Origin: an uncultured Gemmatimonadaceae bacterium
GTDB taxonomy: Bacteria > Gemmatimonadota > Gemmatimonadetes > Gemmatimonadales > Gemmatimonadaceae
Length of the DNA: 64,000 bases
Reading direction: 5' to 3'
Assembly: GCA_963817955.1 (NCBI GenBank)
Contig: CAWFQK010000004.1
Location: 224,001-288,000 of the forward strand
Both the position numbers and the translations under genes were made by a program. Shown in pieces: positions 41,359 to 51,167 of this stretch (its first letter is position 1; the number at the start of each line of letters is the position of its first letter). The notes under the pieces were generated by a model. The model did no database searches, had not been told where the DNA came from, and worked only from the letters and a program-made list of their open reading frames with translations.

Positions 41359-42809
41359 CGGACGGCGAACTCTGTCATGTACAATTGGTCCTGACGTTCG
41401 ACGACGAGACGCAGATACGTGCGGTCGCCGTAGTGATCGATCGCGCGGGCGACATCCTGCGCCGATCGGATGGCGGTGTTGTTGATCTGTAGAATCACGT
41501 CGCCCTGCTGCAGACCCGTTTGATCGGCGATCGTGGGACTCACCTGGTACACGAGAGCGCCAAATTGGCGTCGGAGATTTCGGTCGGCAGCGATCGCCGG
41601 CGTCACTGTCACCAACTCGAGTTCGCGCAGCACCTGCACCTTGGGCGCGCTGACTTCCGGAATGTCGCTCACCTTCACGTCGGTTTCGAACTCGCGCGAG
41701 CCGCGTCGTATGCGCAGGTGGGCTGGCGAGCCAACGTGTAGGTCAAGCAGCGCCGCTTGCCAGTCGAAGGCATTGCGAATGACGCGATCGCCCTCCCGAA
41801 GAATAACGTCTCCGGGCTGCAACCCGGCGTTAGCGGCGGGAGAGCCCGGCGCCACCGACCCGATCACCGCCCCCTGCGAGATCACGTCGCGGGGGTTGTT
41901 CGACGACGCCTGCCGCAGTCGCACGCCAATCCATGGACTCCGGATCGACCCATGGTTCAACAAGTCATCGACGACGCGGGCGACGCGATTGATTGGGATC
42001 GCGAATCCAAGGCCGACCGAGCCGCCCGTAGGCGAGAAGAGACTGCTGTTCACGCCGATAACATCGCCGTCGGCGTCGACGAGGGGACCGCCGGAATTCC
42101 CGGGATTGATTGCGGCATCGGTCTGGATCATGTCGAAATACGACGCCTGGCCTTCACCAGGCGCGACGAGATTCCGCTGTGTCGCGCTGATCACTCCCAC
42201 GCTGACGCTCGGCTCGCTGTTGCCGAGGTAGAAACCGAACGGATTGCCGATCGCGATGGCCCATTCGCCAATCAGGAGGCTGTTCGAATTTCCGAGGCTT
42301 GCTTCAGGCAAATTCTTCGCGTTGATCTCGAGCACCGCGATGTCATTGGTCTCGTCGGAGCCAAGAACCTTGGCGGGATACACGGTGCCGTCGCGCAGCA
42401 TGACTGACACCGTGTTGGCGCCGGCAACGACGTGCGCGTTAGTAACAATCACGCCGTCTTTTCGAACAACGAATCCGCTGCCGAGTCCGGCCTGCGTGCG
42501 CGGCCGTGCACCGCCAAAGAACATGTCGAACGGATCTTCCGGCGCATTCGCTTGGACCTCGGTCTGCACCGTGACGACCGAGGGCGAGACCTTCGCCACT
42601 GCAGCGGTCAGAGCGTTCTGGCGGCTTTGGGACACGCTCGCCGTGGCCGGCGCGGAAACGCCGGAGGCCTGCCCGCTCGGCGTTGCCGATTCGCGCGAGC
42701 AGCCGATCGCGGCCGCGATGACGAGGGACAGCCCCAAAAGCGGGGTTGCGCGAGCGACCAGGCTGCGTTCGTGCCGAAAACCGTTCCGGAGGGCGAGAGA
42801 AATCGTCAC
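41355..42809 (-). CDS. HtrA/DegP-family serine protease with PDZ domains (possible lipoprotein)
   Basis: TNAHVV, AIGNPFG, QTDAAINPGNSGGPL motifs and two PDZ-like regions. Confidence 0.93.
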   Translation of the reverse strand: MTISLALRNGFRHERSLVARATPLLGLSLVIAAAIGCSRESATPSGQASGVSAPATASVSQSRQNALTAAVAKVSPSVVTVQTEVQANAPEDPFDMFFGGARPRTQAGLGSGFVVRKDGVIVTNAHVVAGANTVSVMLRDGTVYPAKVLGSDETNDIAVLEINAKNLPEASLGNSNSLLIGEWAIAIGNPFGFYLGNSEPSVSVGVISATQRNLVAPGEGQASYFDMIQTDAAINPGNSGGPLVDADGDVIGVNSSLFSPTGGSVGLGFAIPINRVARVVDDLLNHGSIRSPWIGVRLRQASSNNPRDVISQGAVIGSVAPGSPAANAGLQPGDVILREGDRVIRNAFDWQAALLDLHVGSPAHLRIRRGSREFETDVKVSDIPEVSAPKVQVLRELELVTVTPAIAADRNLRRQFGALVYQVSPTIADQTGLQQGDVILQINNTAIRSAQDVARAIDHYGDRTYLRLVVERQDQLYMTEFAVR

Positions 42810-43582
42810 GCGTCGTCGAGATACAGGTCGCGCGGGTAGGTCACGCGATCGAGAAACAGTGCATTTGCGGGCGCCGGGGGCGACACAGCCTTGTTGTCGG
42901 CTGCGGCAAGCAGGCGCGGCATATCGGAGGCTGGTCGTCTACCAGCTCCGATGTCGATCATCGTTCCGACGAGAAATCTCACCATGTGATGCAGGAAGCG
43001 GTTGGCTTCGATCGCGAATACGAGTCCGCCAGGTCTTTCCCCCCAACGAGCGGTCGTGACGCAACAGCGATGCTCGTCGTGGGCGGGTGCCGTACCGAGC
43101 ACGGCAAACCCTCGAAAACAGTGCTCACCAATGAGGTGGGCGGCCGCTGCGTCCAGAGCGCTCCGATCAAGGGGCTGCCCGAATGCATGCTCGTAGCGCG
43201 CACGAAATGGCGAATTCGCTTCCTCGTCCGTGCCGACGTAGTAGCTGTACCGCCGGCTCACCGCACTATACCGCGCGTGAAACTCCTCCCGCATCTGGGC
43301 CGACGCAGCAACCCACACGTCGGATGGGAGGACCGCATTCAGGGCGCGCCGCAATTCCTGAACGTCCCACCGTTCCGACACCCGAACGCCGACCGCTTGC
43401 CCTCGCGCGTGCACTCCTGCATCTGTTCGGCCGGAGCCGAGCGCGGTGATTGGAGTGGTGCACAACCGCTCAAGGGCGGCTTCGATGACACCTTGAACCG
43501 TGCGCTGCTCCGGTTGCCGTTGCCACCCACTGAATCCCGCCCCGTCGTAGTGCAACACAAGCTGTACGGTGCGTTCGGCCAT
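42806..43582 (-). CDS. truA: tRNA pseudouridine(38-40) synthase
   Basis: YDGAGFSGWQ, GRTDAGVHA and FLHHMVR motifs. Confidence 0.96.
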   Translation of the reverse strand: MAERTVQLVLHYDGAGFSGWQRQPEQRTVQGVIEAALERLCTTPITALGSGRTDAGVHARGQAVGVRVSERWDVQELRRALNAVLPSDVWVAASAQMREEFHARYSAVSRRYSYYVGTDEEANSPFRARYEHAFGQPLDRSALDAAAAHLIGEHCFRGFAVLGTAPAHDEHRCCVTTARWGERPGGLVFAIEANRFLHHMVRFLVGTMIDIGAGRRPASDMPRLLAAADNKAVSPPAPANALFLDRVTYPRDLYLDDA

Positions 43583-43739
43583 TGCTGGAAACCTACCAGT
43601 ACGAGGGGGGGTGTCAAGCAACGCGCCACACACGGAAACCCACGGAAGCGATTGACATTGCGTGACGTACGCGCTCACATTTGGTCAGAAACTCCATCCG
43701 CGTCGCGCGCCCTTCGCGTGCGCCTCAGTAGCCTCCTCG

Positions 43740-45041
43740 ATGCCGCCGCGCACGCTCGCTTCTCTCGCCCACGCGCTGACCGTTTCAGCCTCACCGGACG
43801 CCGCGCTGCAAGCCCTCGGCGAGGCGCTGGCTGAGGTCGACCGTTTTGCGCACATCGCGCTCGTTCGGTTTGACGAGCGGCGAGGAATGCTCAGCGAGCG
43901 CATCTTGGCGAGCGGTGCTCGCAGCGAGACGATCGCCCTGGAGACAACGTTCGATCATCTCCCGACGCGCGAGCGCGTCGCGATCACCGCCGGCGGTCAA
44001 TTCGTCGACTTCGGGGAGAGCGGGGACGAGTTTGCCCGTCTATTCGAACTGCCCAGCCTGGGCGAGCCAGGCTGGCTGAGTGCGCGCGGGCTGCGATACG
44101 AAGGTCAGCTGAGCGCCGTGCTCGTTCTGCACGAGTCGCGGAAGATGTTCGGAGCGCGCACGGCAGAGAGGTTCCTGCCGGCAATCGCGCTGTTCGAATT
44201 GGGCTACTTGAGGTTTCTCGAGCGGGACGCGCGGCTCGAAGCGGTCCGAACACTCGAGGACGTCACGCAGCGCATTCATGGCGAGACTGAGCTGCGCCTG
44301 GCAGAGATGGAGGCCCAACTGACTGACGCCGGGCGACAGATGGCCTCTGCCGATGCGGCACGCATGGTAACGCTCGAACGCGAACTGGCCCAAGCCACGG
44401 AGGATGCCCGCCGCGCGCTACGCCGTGCCGAAGCAGTCGAGGCAACGGTCTCATCGGCCGTGGAACAGCTCGAGAAGGTGCATGTCGAGCTGCATCGGCG
44501 CAGCGAGTCAGTGCGCCAGAAGACGCGCACCATCTATCTGATCGATCGTGTCCTCACTCTCGATTCGTCCGCAGACGACCCCCGGCAACTCGCCGATGGA
44601 TTGCTTGCACTGGTCGGCGATGATATGCACGCCCATCGCTGCTCGCTGATGCTGCGCGCACCGGACGGCGATTCGCTATACATCGCGGCCGCGCGGGGGG
44701 TTGCGCCGGGCATCTCGGAAGGGGCGCGCGTTTCGATGAGGCAGGGCGTCGCGGGCCGCGTGGCTGCCAGCCGCGAGCCGTTGCTCGTGCGCGACGTAGC
44801 CGAGGCCAATCAGCACCCGCTCTTGCGCGACCAGTACTTCACTACTGGTTCGTTCATCAGCTTCCCACTCGTCTACCACGACGAGTTAATCGGCGTCGTG
44901 AATCTGGCAAACCGGGCCATGCAAGGACTGTTCACCGAGGAGGACGTGGATCGCGTCCGCATTCTCGCCCTCGTGATTGCACTGGTTGCCGCACACGCCC
45001 GCCTCCCAGAACGTCTCGTCGAGGCCTTCAGTGTCCGTTAG
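43740..45041 (+). CDS. GAF-like / coiled-coil / GAF protein with no output domain
   Basis: Central heptad-rich region and C-terminal GAF (GVAGRVA...SFISFPL...IGVVNL...FTEED). Confidence 0.8.
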   Translation: MPPRTLASLAHALTVSASPDAALQALGEALAEVDRFAHIALVRFDERRGMLSERILASGARSETIALETTFDHLPTRERVAITAGGQFVDFGESGDEFARLFELPSLGEPGWLSARGLRYEGQLSAVLVLHESRKMFGARTAERFLPAIALFELGYLRFLERDARLEAVRTLEDVTQRIHGETELRLAEMEAQLTDAGRQMASADAARMVTLERELAQATEDARRALRRAEAVEATVSSAVEQLEKVHVELHRRSESVRQKTRTIYLIDRVLTLDSSADDPRQLADGLLALVGDDMHAHRCSLMLRAPDGDSLYIAAARGVAPGISEGARVSMRQGVAGRVAASREPLLVRDVAEANQHPLLRDQYFTTGSFISFPLVYHDELIGVVNLANRAMQGLFTEEDVDRVRILALVIALVAAHARLPERLVEAFSVR

Positions 45042-46071
45042 TCCAGCCAACGCCCTTCTCGCCACGATCAGGCGGCTCACATCAGGGGAGCCGCCGCAAA
45101 CCGACGAACTGACCGGGGCATTCGACGTCGTGCTCGCGGGGGATGCGACACCGGCACAGATCGCCGGGCTACTCGTCGGATTGCGGATGAAGGGCGAGAC
45201 TCCCGTCGAGCTCGCGGCAGTGGTGCGCGCGCTGCGCCGCGTGATGGTCGTGTTGCCCGCCGACGATCCCGATCAGCTGGTGGACACATGCGGCACTGGC
45301 GGCGGCATGATCAGTACATTCAACATTTCGACGGCTGCGGCACTGCTCGTCGCGGGAGCCGGAACTCGTGTGGCCAAGCATGGGAACCGATCGTTCACGA
45401 CGCAGTGCGGTAGTGCCGATGTGCTCGAGGCCCTCGGTGTGTTGATCGATGCACCGGTTCCCACCATGGCCGCTGCGTTGCGCGATGCAGGCATCGTCTT
45501 CATGTTCGCGCCCTTGATGCATCCCGCAATGCGGCACGTCGGCGTGGTGCGACGCGAGCTCGGGGTCCAGACGGTGATGAACATGGTGGGACCGCTCGCC
45601 AACCCAGCGAATGCCGGACGGCAGGTGGTCGGCGTGTCGGACGCACGGCGTCTCGCGCTCATTGCTGGCGCGCTGCTCGAGCTCAACACCGTGCACGCGC
45701 TGGTCGTGCACGGCGCCGGGATGGACGAGATTTCACCGTTCAGTGAATCCGAGGTGCTGGAGATCCACGACGGTCGCTTGTCCGAGTGGAAGGTCAATCC
45801 CAAGCGATATGGATTCGGCGGCGGCTCGCCGGAAGAGCTGGCGGGGGGGACGCCAACGGAAAACGCGACTGCGGTGTTGCGCGTGCTGCGTGGCGACGCG
45901 AACGAGCCGTCCATGGCGGCGGTCATCTTGAACGCGGCGGCCGCTTTTTACGTCGGCGGCCGCTGTCGGAACTTCGATGAAGGTGTCGAGGCGGCGAGAG
46001 CAGCCGTCAGGTCCGGGGCGGGCCTTGTTGCCCTGGACCGGCTCCGCGTCGCGTTCGGAGCCGGTCGCTAG
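45031..46071 (+). CDS. trpD: Anthranilate phosphoribosyltransferase
   Basis: DTCGTGG, FNIST, AKHGNRS and GSADVLE motifs. Confidence 0.96.
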   Translation: MSVSPANALLATIRRLTSGEPPQTDELTGAFDVVLAGDATPAQIAGLLVGLRMKGETPVELAAVVRALRRVMVVLPADDPDQLVDTCGTGGGMISTFNISTAAALLVAGAGTRVAKHGNRSFTTQCGSADVLEALGVLIDAPVPTMAAALRDAGIVFMFAPLMHPAMRHVGVVRRELGVQTVMNMVGPLANPANAGRQVVGVSDARRLALIAGALLELNTVHALVVHGAGMDEISPFSESEVLEIHDGRLSEWKVNPKRYGFGGGSPEELAGGTPTENATAVLRVLRGDANEPSMAAVILNAAAAFYVGGRCRNFDEGVEAARAAVRSGAGLVALDRLRVAFGAGR

Positions 46072-46072
46072 A

Positions 46073-46096
46073 ACCGGCGCGCCACCGCGCGCCGGT
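46073..46096. terminator. Hairpin between convergent trpD and lexA
   Basis: ACCGGCGCGC-CACC-GCGCGCCGGT, perfect 10-bp stem, no U-tract. Confidence 0.5.
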
Positions 46097-46098
46097 CG

Positions 46099-46707
46099 TC
46101 AATAACGTCGCATCACTCCGACGACGATTCCCTGGATCTTGACGTCGTTCTCGTGCACGTAGATCGGCTGCATCGTCTCGTTCGCCGGTTGCAGACGAAT
46201 ACGTCCATCGCGCTCGCGGTAGTACTTCTTCACCGTGGCTGACGTGCCATTGACAAGCGCAATGACCATCTCGCCATTGTCAGCGCGCTGACGCTCGTTC
46301 ACGACGACGAAGTCACCGTCGCGAATCTGCTCGTCAACCATCGAGTTCCCGCGCACACGGAGCACGTAATGGTTGCCGCCGCGCCCAACCATGGATTCGG
46401 GGACACAGAATGTTTCGTTGTGCTCCAGCGCTTCGATCGGCAGGCCGGCCGCCACACTGCCGAGTAGCGGCAGCTCAAGCGCTCGCGGTGAGGCCTCGCT
46501 GGGCATGATCTCGATGGCGCGACTCTCGTTGTAATTGCGCTTGATGTAGCCCTTGCGCTCGAGGTTGGTCAGGTGTTCGTGAACGGTCGCCAGCGAACTA
46601 TAACTGAAGTTCTCGGCGATCTCCTCGAAGCTGGGCGCGAAACCGTTTTGCTCCGAGTACGCCGTGAGGTAGTTTAGTATTTCGCGTTGACGTTTCGTGA
46701 GCGGCAT
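46099..46707 (-). CDS. lexA: SOS repressor LexA
   Basis: LTKRQ winged-helix N-terminus, VAAG cleavage site, GNSM Ser and TVKK Lys. Confidence 0.97.
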   Translation of the reverse strand: MPLTKRQREILNYLTAYSEQNGFAPSFEEIAENFSYSSLATVHEHLTNLERKGYIKRNYNESRAIEIMPSEASPRALELPLLGSVAAGLPIEALEHNETFCVPESMVGRGGNHYVLRVRGNSMVDEQIRDGDFVVVNERQRADNGEMVIALVNGTSATVKKYYRERDGRIRLQPANETMQPIYVHENDVKIQGIVVGVMRRY

Positions 46708-46759
46708 GGCTGACACCCTGTTCAGCTTATTTATGAAGGAAAGCGCTGATACTCGCTTC

Positions 46760-46809
46760 CCGAATAAGTCCCGAAATACTACGATATCCGAAGAAGGACC
46801 GAAGTGCAA
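46760..46809 (-). promoter_or_regulatory. Putative lexA promoter with two CCGAA-N6-CCGAA boxes
   Basis: Minus strand TTGCAC (46809-46804)-17 nt-TATCGT (46786-46781). Boxes at 46760-46775 and 46788-46803. Confidence 0.65.
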
Positions 46810-47625
46810 GCTTCTCCTCCCTGGACCGCTCCAACGGGCACTCTCGGTGGCCTACTCGCCGAAGCCAAACAACGGGCTGAGACCCTGGATGCACGACGCT
46901 CCGAGCTCATCCGCTCGGCGAACGCGGCACGCACGGGCCCGTCGTTCGTCGCCGCCTTGAGAGTTGAGACGGTCGCCATCGTCGCCGAAGTGAAGCGTCG
47001 CTCGCCGTCGAAGGGGTGGATCAAACCGGGGCTCTCTGCCGTGCTCCAAGCGCTCGCCTACGAGGCGGGGGGGGCGGCTGCCATCTCCGTTCTTACGGAA
47101 CCGGACCACTTCGGCGGATCAACCAGCGACCTGGTGGCCGTCCGGGAAGCGGTGGGCATTCCAGTGCTCAAGAAGGACTTCCATGTTGCGCCCATCCAGC
47201 TCGTAGAGGCCCGGGCGCTCGGCGCGTCGGCCGCGCTACTGATTGCGCGTGCACTCTCCCCAGCCGATCTGCCGCAGATGACTGCGACGGCTCGCGACCT
47301 GGGATTGGAAGTTCTCGTCGAGATTCGAGATGAGCGTGAGTTGGTCCGCGCGCTGGACGCGGGAGCCAAGGCGATCGGCATAAACAATCGCGATCTCGAG
47401 ACATTGGCGATTGATCCCGCGACCTCCGAACGGCTCCTCGGATCAATGCCCGATGACGTCGTCGCGATCGCCGAGAGCGGTGTCAGCGGTCGTGCCGACG
47501 TCGAACGAATCGCTCGGTTCGGTGCGGACGGGGTCCTCGTCGGCTCGGTCATTTCCGCAGCGGACGACCCGACAGCAGCCGTACGCGATCTCGCCGGAGT
47601 GCTGCGGCAATCTCGTGCCCGTTGA
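46804..47625 (+). CDS. trpC: Indole-3-glycerol phosphate synthase
   Basis: AEVKRRSPSKG, ISVLTE, LKKDF, GINNRDL and AESG motifs. Confidence 0.96.
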   Translation: MQASPPWTAPTGTLGGLLAEAKQRAETLDARRSELIRSANAARTGPSFVAALRVETVAIVAEVKRRSPSKGWIKPGLSAVLQALAYEAGGAAAISVLTEPDHFGGSTSDLVAVREAVGIPVLKKDFHVAPIQLVEARALGASAALLIARALSPADLPQMTATARDLGLEVLVEIRDERELVRALDAGAKAIGINNRDLETLAIDPATSERLLGSMPDDVVAIAESGVSGRADVERIARFGADGVLVGSVISAADDPTAAVRDLAGVLRQSRAR

Positions 47626-48268
47626 CATCAAGTTCTGCGGGTTGACGCGCCCCGAAGATGCTGACCGTGCCGTCCGGCTCGGAGCGACGTATACCGGAGT
47701 CATCTTTGCGGGCGGACTGCGGCGTTTGACGGTGGACCGCGCGGTGAGCGTACTGGCAACTGTGCCACCGACCGTGCAGCGCGTCGGCGTTTTTTCGGAC
47801 CAGTCGGACGACGAGGTGCTGCGCACGGCGGATCAGCTCGCACTCAAGGTCCTCCAACTCCATGCCGCCTCGACCCCAGACCGAATCACGCGGATCAAAG
47901 AGCGGTTTGACGGTGACGTTTGGGCGGTGATTCGAGTCGAAGGTGGTGCGCTTGCACTGGCAACGGCTGAGATTCTCGTGGTAGCGGACGGGTTACTACT
48001 CGACGCGTTCGTGCCTGGTACGCTTGGTGGAACCGGGGTGACCATTCCATGGGCGGAATTGGCGATTGCGCTGGCGCCGGTGCGCGGAAGAACTCGAATC
48101 GTGCTTGCCGGTGGGCTTCGCCCGGAGAACGTCGCCGACGCGATTCGCGCAATGCGTCCGGACGTCGTAGATGTTTCATCAGGAGTAGAATCCGCTCCTG
48201 GTATCAAGGATCAAGGACGCATGCGCGCATTTTGCGATGCGGTCAGAGAGGCTTCAATCCCATCATGA
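47615..48268 (+). CDS. trpF: Phosphoribosylanthranilate isomerase
   Basis: IKFCGLT, LQLH, GGTG, LAGGL and VDVSSGVE motifs. Confidence 0.95.
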   Translation: MPVDIKFCGLTRPEDADRAVRLGATYTGVIFAGGLRRLTVDRAVSVLATVPPTVQRVGVFSDQSDDEVLRTADQLALKVLQLHAASTPDRITRIKERFDGDVWAVIRVEGGALALATAEILVVADGLLLDAFVPGTLGGTGVTIPWAELAIALAPVRGRTRIVLAGGLRPENVADAIRAMRPDVVDVSSGVESAPGIKDQGRMRAFCDAVREASIPS

Positions 48269-49449
48269 CAACGGCCCATCAGGATCGGTTCGGCGCATTC
48301 GGCGGTCGATATGTGCCGGAGACGCTCATCCCGGCGATCGACGAGTTGGAGCGTGCGTACGACGCGGCACGCGCTGATCCGTCGTTCATCGCGGCGGTCG
48401 AGCACATGCTCACGACGTACGTCGGGCGCCCGTCCGCGCTGAGCGACGCGCCGCGTTTCTCCGAGCATGTCGGAGCGCAGGTATGGCTGAAGCGTGAAGA
48501 CCTCAACCACACCGGTGCGCACAAGATCAACAACACGGTGGGACAGGTGTTGCTGGCGCGACGGATGGGGAAGACGAGGATCATCGCCGAAACCGGCGCC
48601 GGACAGCACGGTGTCGCCACGGCCACGGTGTGTGCTCGGTTTGGCCTCGAATGCATCGTGTACATGGGGGAGGAGGACATGCGGCGCCAAGCGCTGAACG
48701 TCTTCCGCATGAAGCTCATGGGCGCGCGCGTCGTCGGTGTGTCGAGCGGGACACGCACCCTCAAGGACGCGACCACCGAAGCCATTCGTGATTGGGTGAC
48801 AAACGTCCACGACACCTACTACATCATCGGGTCTGTCGTCGGGCCGGCGCCGTATCCGCGCATGGTCCGCGACTTCCAGTCGGTCATCAGCCGGGAGGCG
48901 CGGGCACAAATGCTCGCACGTGCCGGCCGGCTGCCCAAGGCGGTGGTAGCGTGCGTCGGCGGCGGATCAAACGCCATGGGGGTCTTCGCCGAGTTCATCA
49001 ACGACCGGGACGTCGACCTGGTGGGCGTGGAGGCCGCCGGCATGGGCCTCGATACCGGCCATCACTCGGCATCATTGACCCGTGGCCGTCCCGGTGTCCT
49101 GCACGGCTCATTGAGTTATCTCTTACAGGACGAGCACGGGCAAGTGCACCCGGCGCACTCCATTTCCGCGGGTCTGGATTATCCAGGAGTGGGACCCGAG
49201 CACGCCTACCTCAAGGACATTGGCCGCGCCGAATACGTGTCGGTCACCGACCGTGAAGCGCTGGAGGGCTTCCAGCTCCTCAGCCGCCTGGAGGGGATCA
49301 TCCCTGCGCTCGAGACGGCGCATGCGGTGAGCTGGATCGCATCGCAGAAGGGCCGTTGGGCGAGTAATGAGCCAGTGCTGCTCTGCGTGAGCGGCCGTGG
49401 TGACAAGGATGTGGCGCAGGTGAGTGAAATGAGTATCTTGGAACCGTGA
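48265..49449 (+). CDS. trpB: Tryptophan synthase beta chain
   Basis: [26 protein letters not shown] and [11 protein letters not shown] motifs. Confidence 0.98.
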   Translation: MTTAHQDRFGAFGGRYVPETLIPAIDELERAYDAARADPSFIAAVEHMLTTYVGRPSALSDAPRFSEHVGAQVWLKREDLNHTGAHKINNTVGQVLLARRMGKTRIIAETGAGQHGVATATVCARFGLECIVYMGEEDMRRQALNVFRMKLMGARVVGVSSGTRTLKDATTEAIRDWVTNVHDTYYIIGSVVGPAPYPRMVRDFQSVISREARAQMLARAGRLPKAVVACVGGGSNAMGVFAEFINDRDVDLVGVEAAGMGLDTGHHSASLTRGRPGVLHGSLSYLLQDEHGQVHPAHSISAGLDYPGVGPEHAYLKDIGRAEYVSVTDREALEGFQLLSRLEGIIPALETAHAVSWIASQKGRWASNEPVLLCVSGRGDKDVAQVSEMSILEP

Positions 49450-51167
49450 CCTCCTCCTCGCCCCCAGCCCCTGGGATACGCGAACCGGAGCCACCCTTTT
49501 CGCCGACGACGGTGGAGGAGTTGCTTCGGCTCTTCGTGAAGGCAGCCCGGGCCCACCAGTTGTACCTCCCCAACAATCCGATCTATCGGGGCGCACTTGA
49601 CGTGCTGCGCGCCGCTTTCGGTCCGATCTGGGCAGAGACGGACGAATTGGCGCTCGTGATCGGCGAAAGCGAGATCCGCTGGTTCGGCGCCATAGTAGCA
49701 GGTGAGTCGGGGGGGGCGAAGTCGCCGGACAATCTCGCGTGGCTATTCTTCAAGGACGGCGTGCGCGAGCTGCGGATGTTCAAGGGCTTCGAGGAAGCCG
49801 AAATCGTCAGGTTGCTCGAGATCGTCCAGCGCGCGCGCAAGGGATCGGCCGATGAGGACGACCTCGTGACGATGTTGTGGGAAGCCGATTTCGCGCTGCT
49901 GCGCTACAGGTACGTCGATTTGTTACAGGAGGGCGGCGGCAGCGATCTCGCCGATGGTGCCGTCGCCACGACCGTGGAGCCTGGTCAGATCCAGCAGGCG
50001 ACCCAGGAGGCGGTGGAAGAGTCGCGCGCCAGCGGCATCGTCAACATGGCCGAGTTCGACGCGACGCTCTATTTCCTGGACGACCGCGAGATCGAGTACC
50101 TGCAAGACGAGATCACACGCGAATACCAACAGGATCTACGCCAGAACGTCGTCGCCGTGCTGCTCGACATATTCGAGGCGCAGCCGGATCCTGAGATTCG
50201 CGGCGAAGTGATCGAGAATCTGCAGATGTTGATGGTCTATCTGCTGACCGCCGGTCATTTTCGCGGCGTGGCGAGGCTGCTGCGTGAAGCGAATGTGGCG
50301 ATTGGCCGCGCACTGAACGTGACCTCCGAACAGCGGTTGCAGCTCGGGCAGCTTCCCGACCGACTCAGCGCGCCCGACGCGTTGTCGCAGTTGCTGCAGG
50401 CGCTCGACGAAGCGCCGTCCCTCCCGGCACAGAATGAATTGGTCGAATTGTTCGACCAATTGCGTCCGACGGCGCTGGCGACCGTCTTCCAGTGGCTATA
50501 CCGGATTCAGAATGAGCGTTTGCGTCCGCTGCTGGCGGCGGCGGCGGGACGACTCGCCTCGGCCAACACCGCGGAACTCGTGCGTCTGGTGCAATCGCCC
50601 GAAACGGACGTGTCGTCGGAGGCTATTCGGCGCGCCGGAGTGCTCAAGGCGCAGGCCGCCGTACTCGCATTGAGCAAGATCCTCGGTGAGCGGGACGTGG
50701 CACGGCGCCAGCTCGCCGTGCAGGCGCTCACCGACATCGCCTCGCCGGGCGCGCTCCAGGCACTGGAGCGGGCCGTGGAGGACGATGATCGTGAGGTGCG
50801 CATCGCGGCGGTGCGAGCGTTGGCGGCACGCGCCTATCGCCCGGTGCTCAGCCGCCTGGAGTCGGCAGTCAAGGGCAAGAGCGTGCGCGAGGCGGACCTG
50901 ACGGAGATGATGGCGTTCTTCGAGGCGTACGGCGCGCTGTGCGGCGACCCCGGAGTGTCCTATCTCGACTCCGTGCTCAACGGGAAAGGGTTTCTCGGCC
51001 GTCGAGAGGATCCGGAAATTCGCGCATGCGCGGCGATTGCCCTCGGACGGGTTGGTTCAGTCAAGGCAGCCGAATCGTTGCGCAAGGCGTCGGCGGAGAA
51101 AGACATCGTGGTGAGGAACGCGGTGACGCGGGCATTGCGCGGGCCGTCCCAAGGAGCCGACGCATGA
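49446..51167 (+). CDS. HEAT-repeat protein with an uncharacterised N-terminal domain
   Basis: C-terminal HEAT/PBS-like repeats ([35 protein letters not shown]). Confidence 0.85.
   Translation: MTSSSPPAPGIREPEPPFSPTTVEELLRLFVKAARAHQLYLPNNPIYRGALDVLRAAFGPIWAETDELALVIGESEIRWFGAIVAGESGGAKSPDNLAWLFFKDGVRELRMFKGFEEAEIVRLLEIVQRARKGSADEDDLVTMLWEADFALLRYRYVDLLQEGGGSDLADGAVATTVEPGQIQQATQEAVEESRASGIVNMAEFDATLYFLDDREIEYLQDEITREYQQDLRQNVVAVLLDIFEAQPDPEIRGEVIENLQMLMVYLLTAGHFRGVARLLREANVAIGRALNVTSEQRLQLGQLPDRLSAPDALSQLLQALDEAPSLPAQNELVELFDQLRPTALATVFQWLYRIQNERLRPLLAAAAGRLASANTAELVRLVQSPETDVSSEAIRRAGVLKAQAAVLALSKILGERDVARRQLAVQALTDIASPGALQALERAVEDDDREVRIAAVRALAARAYRPVLSRLESAVKGKSVREADLTEMMAFFEAYGALCGDPGVSYLDSVLNGKGFLGRREDPEIRACAAIALGRVGSVKAAESLRKASAEKDIVVRNAVTRALRGPSQGADA

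Noticed and set aside
46708..46803. trp attenuator or leader peptide
   Set aside because: No Trp-codon leader ORF or terminator/antiterminator hairpins were seen.
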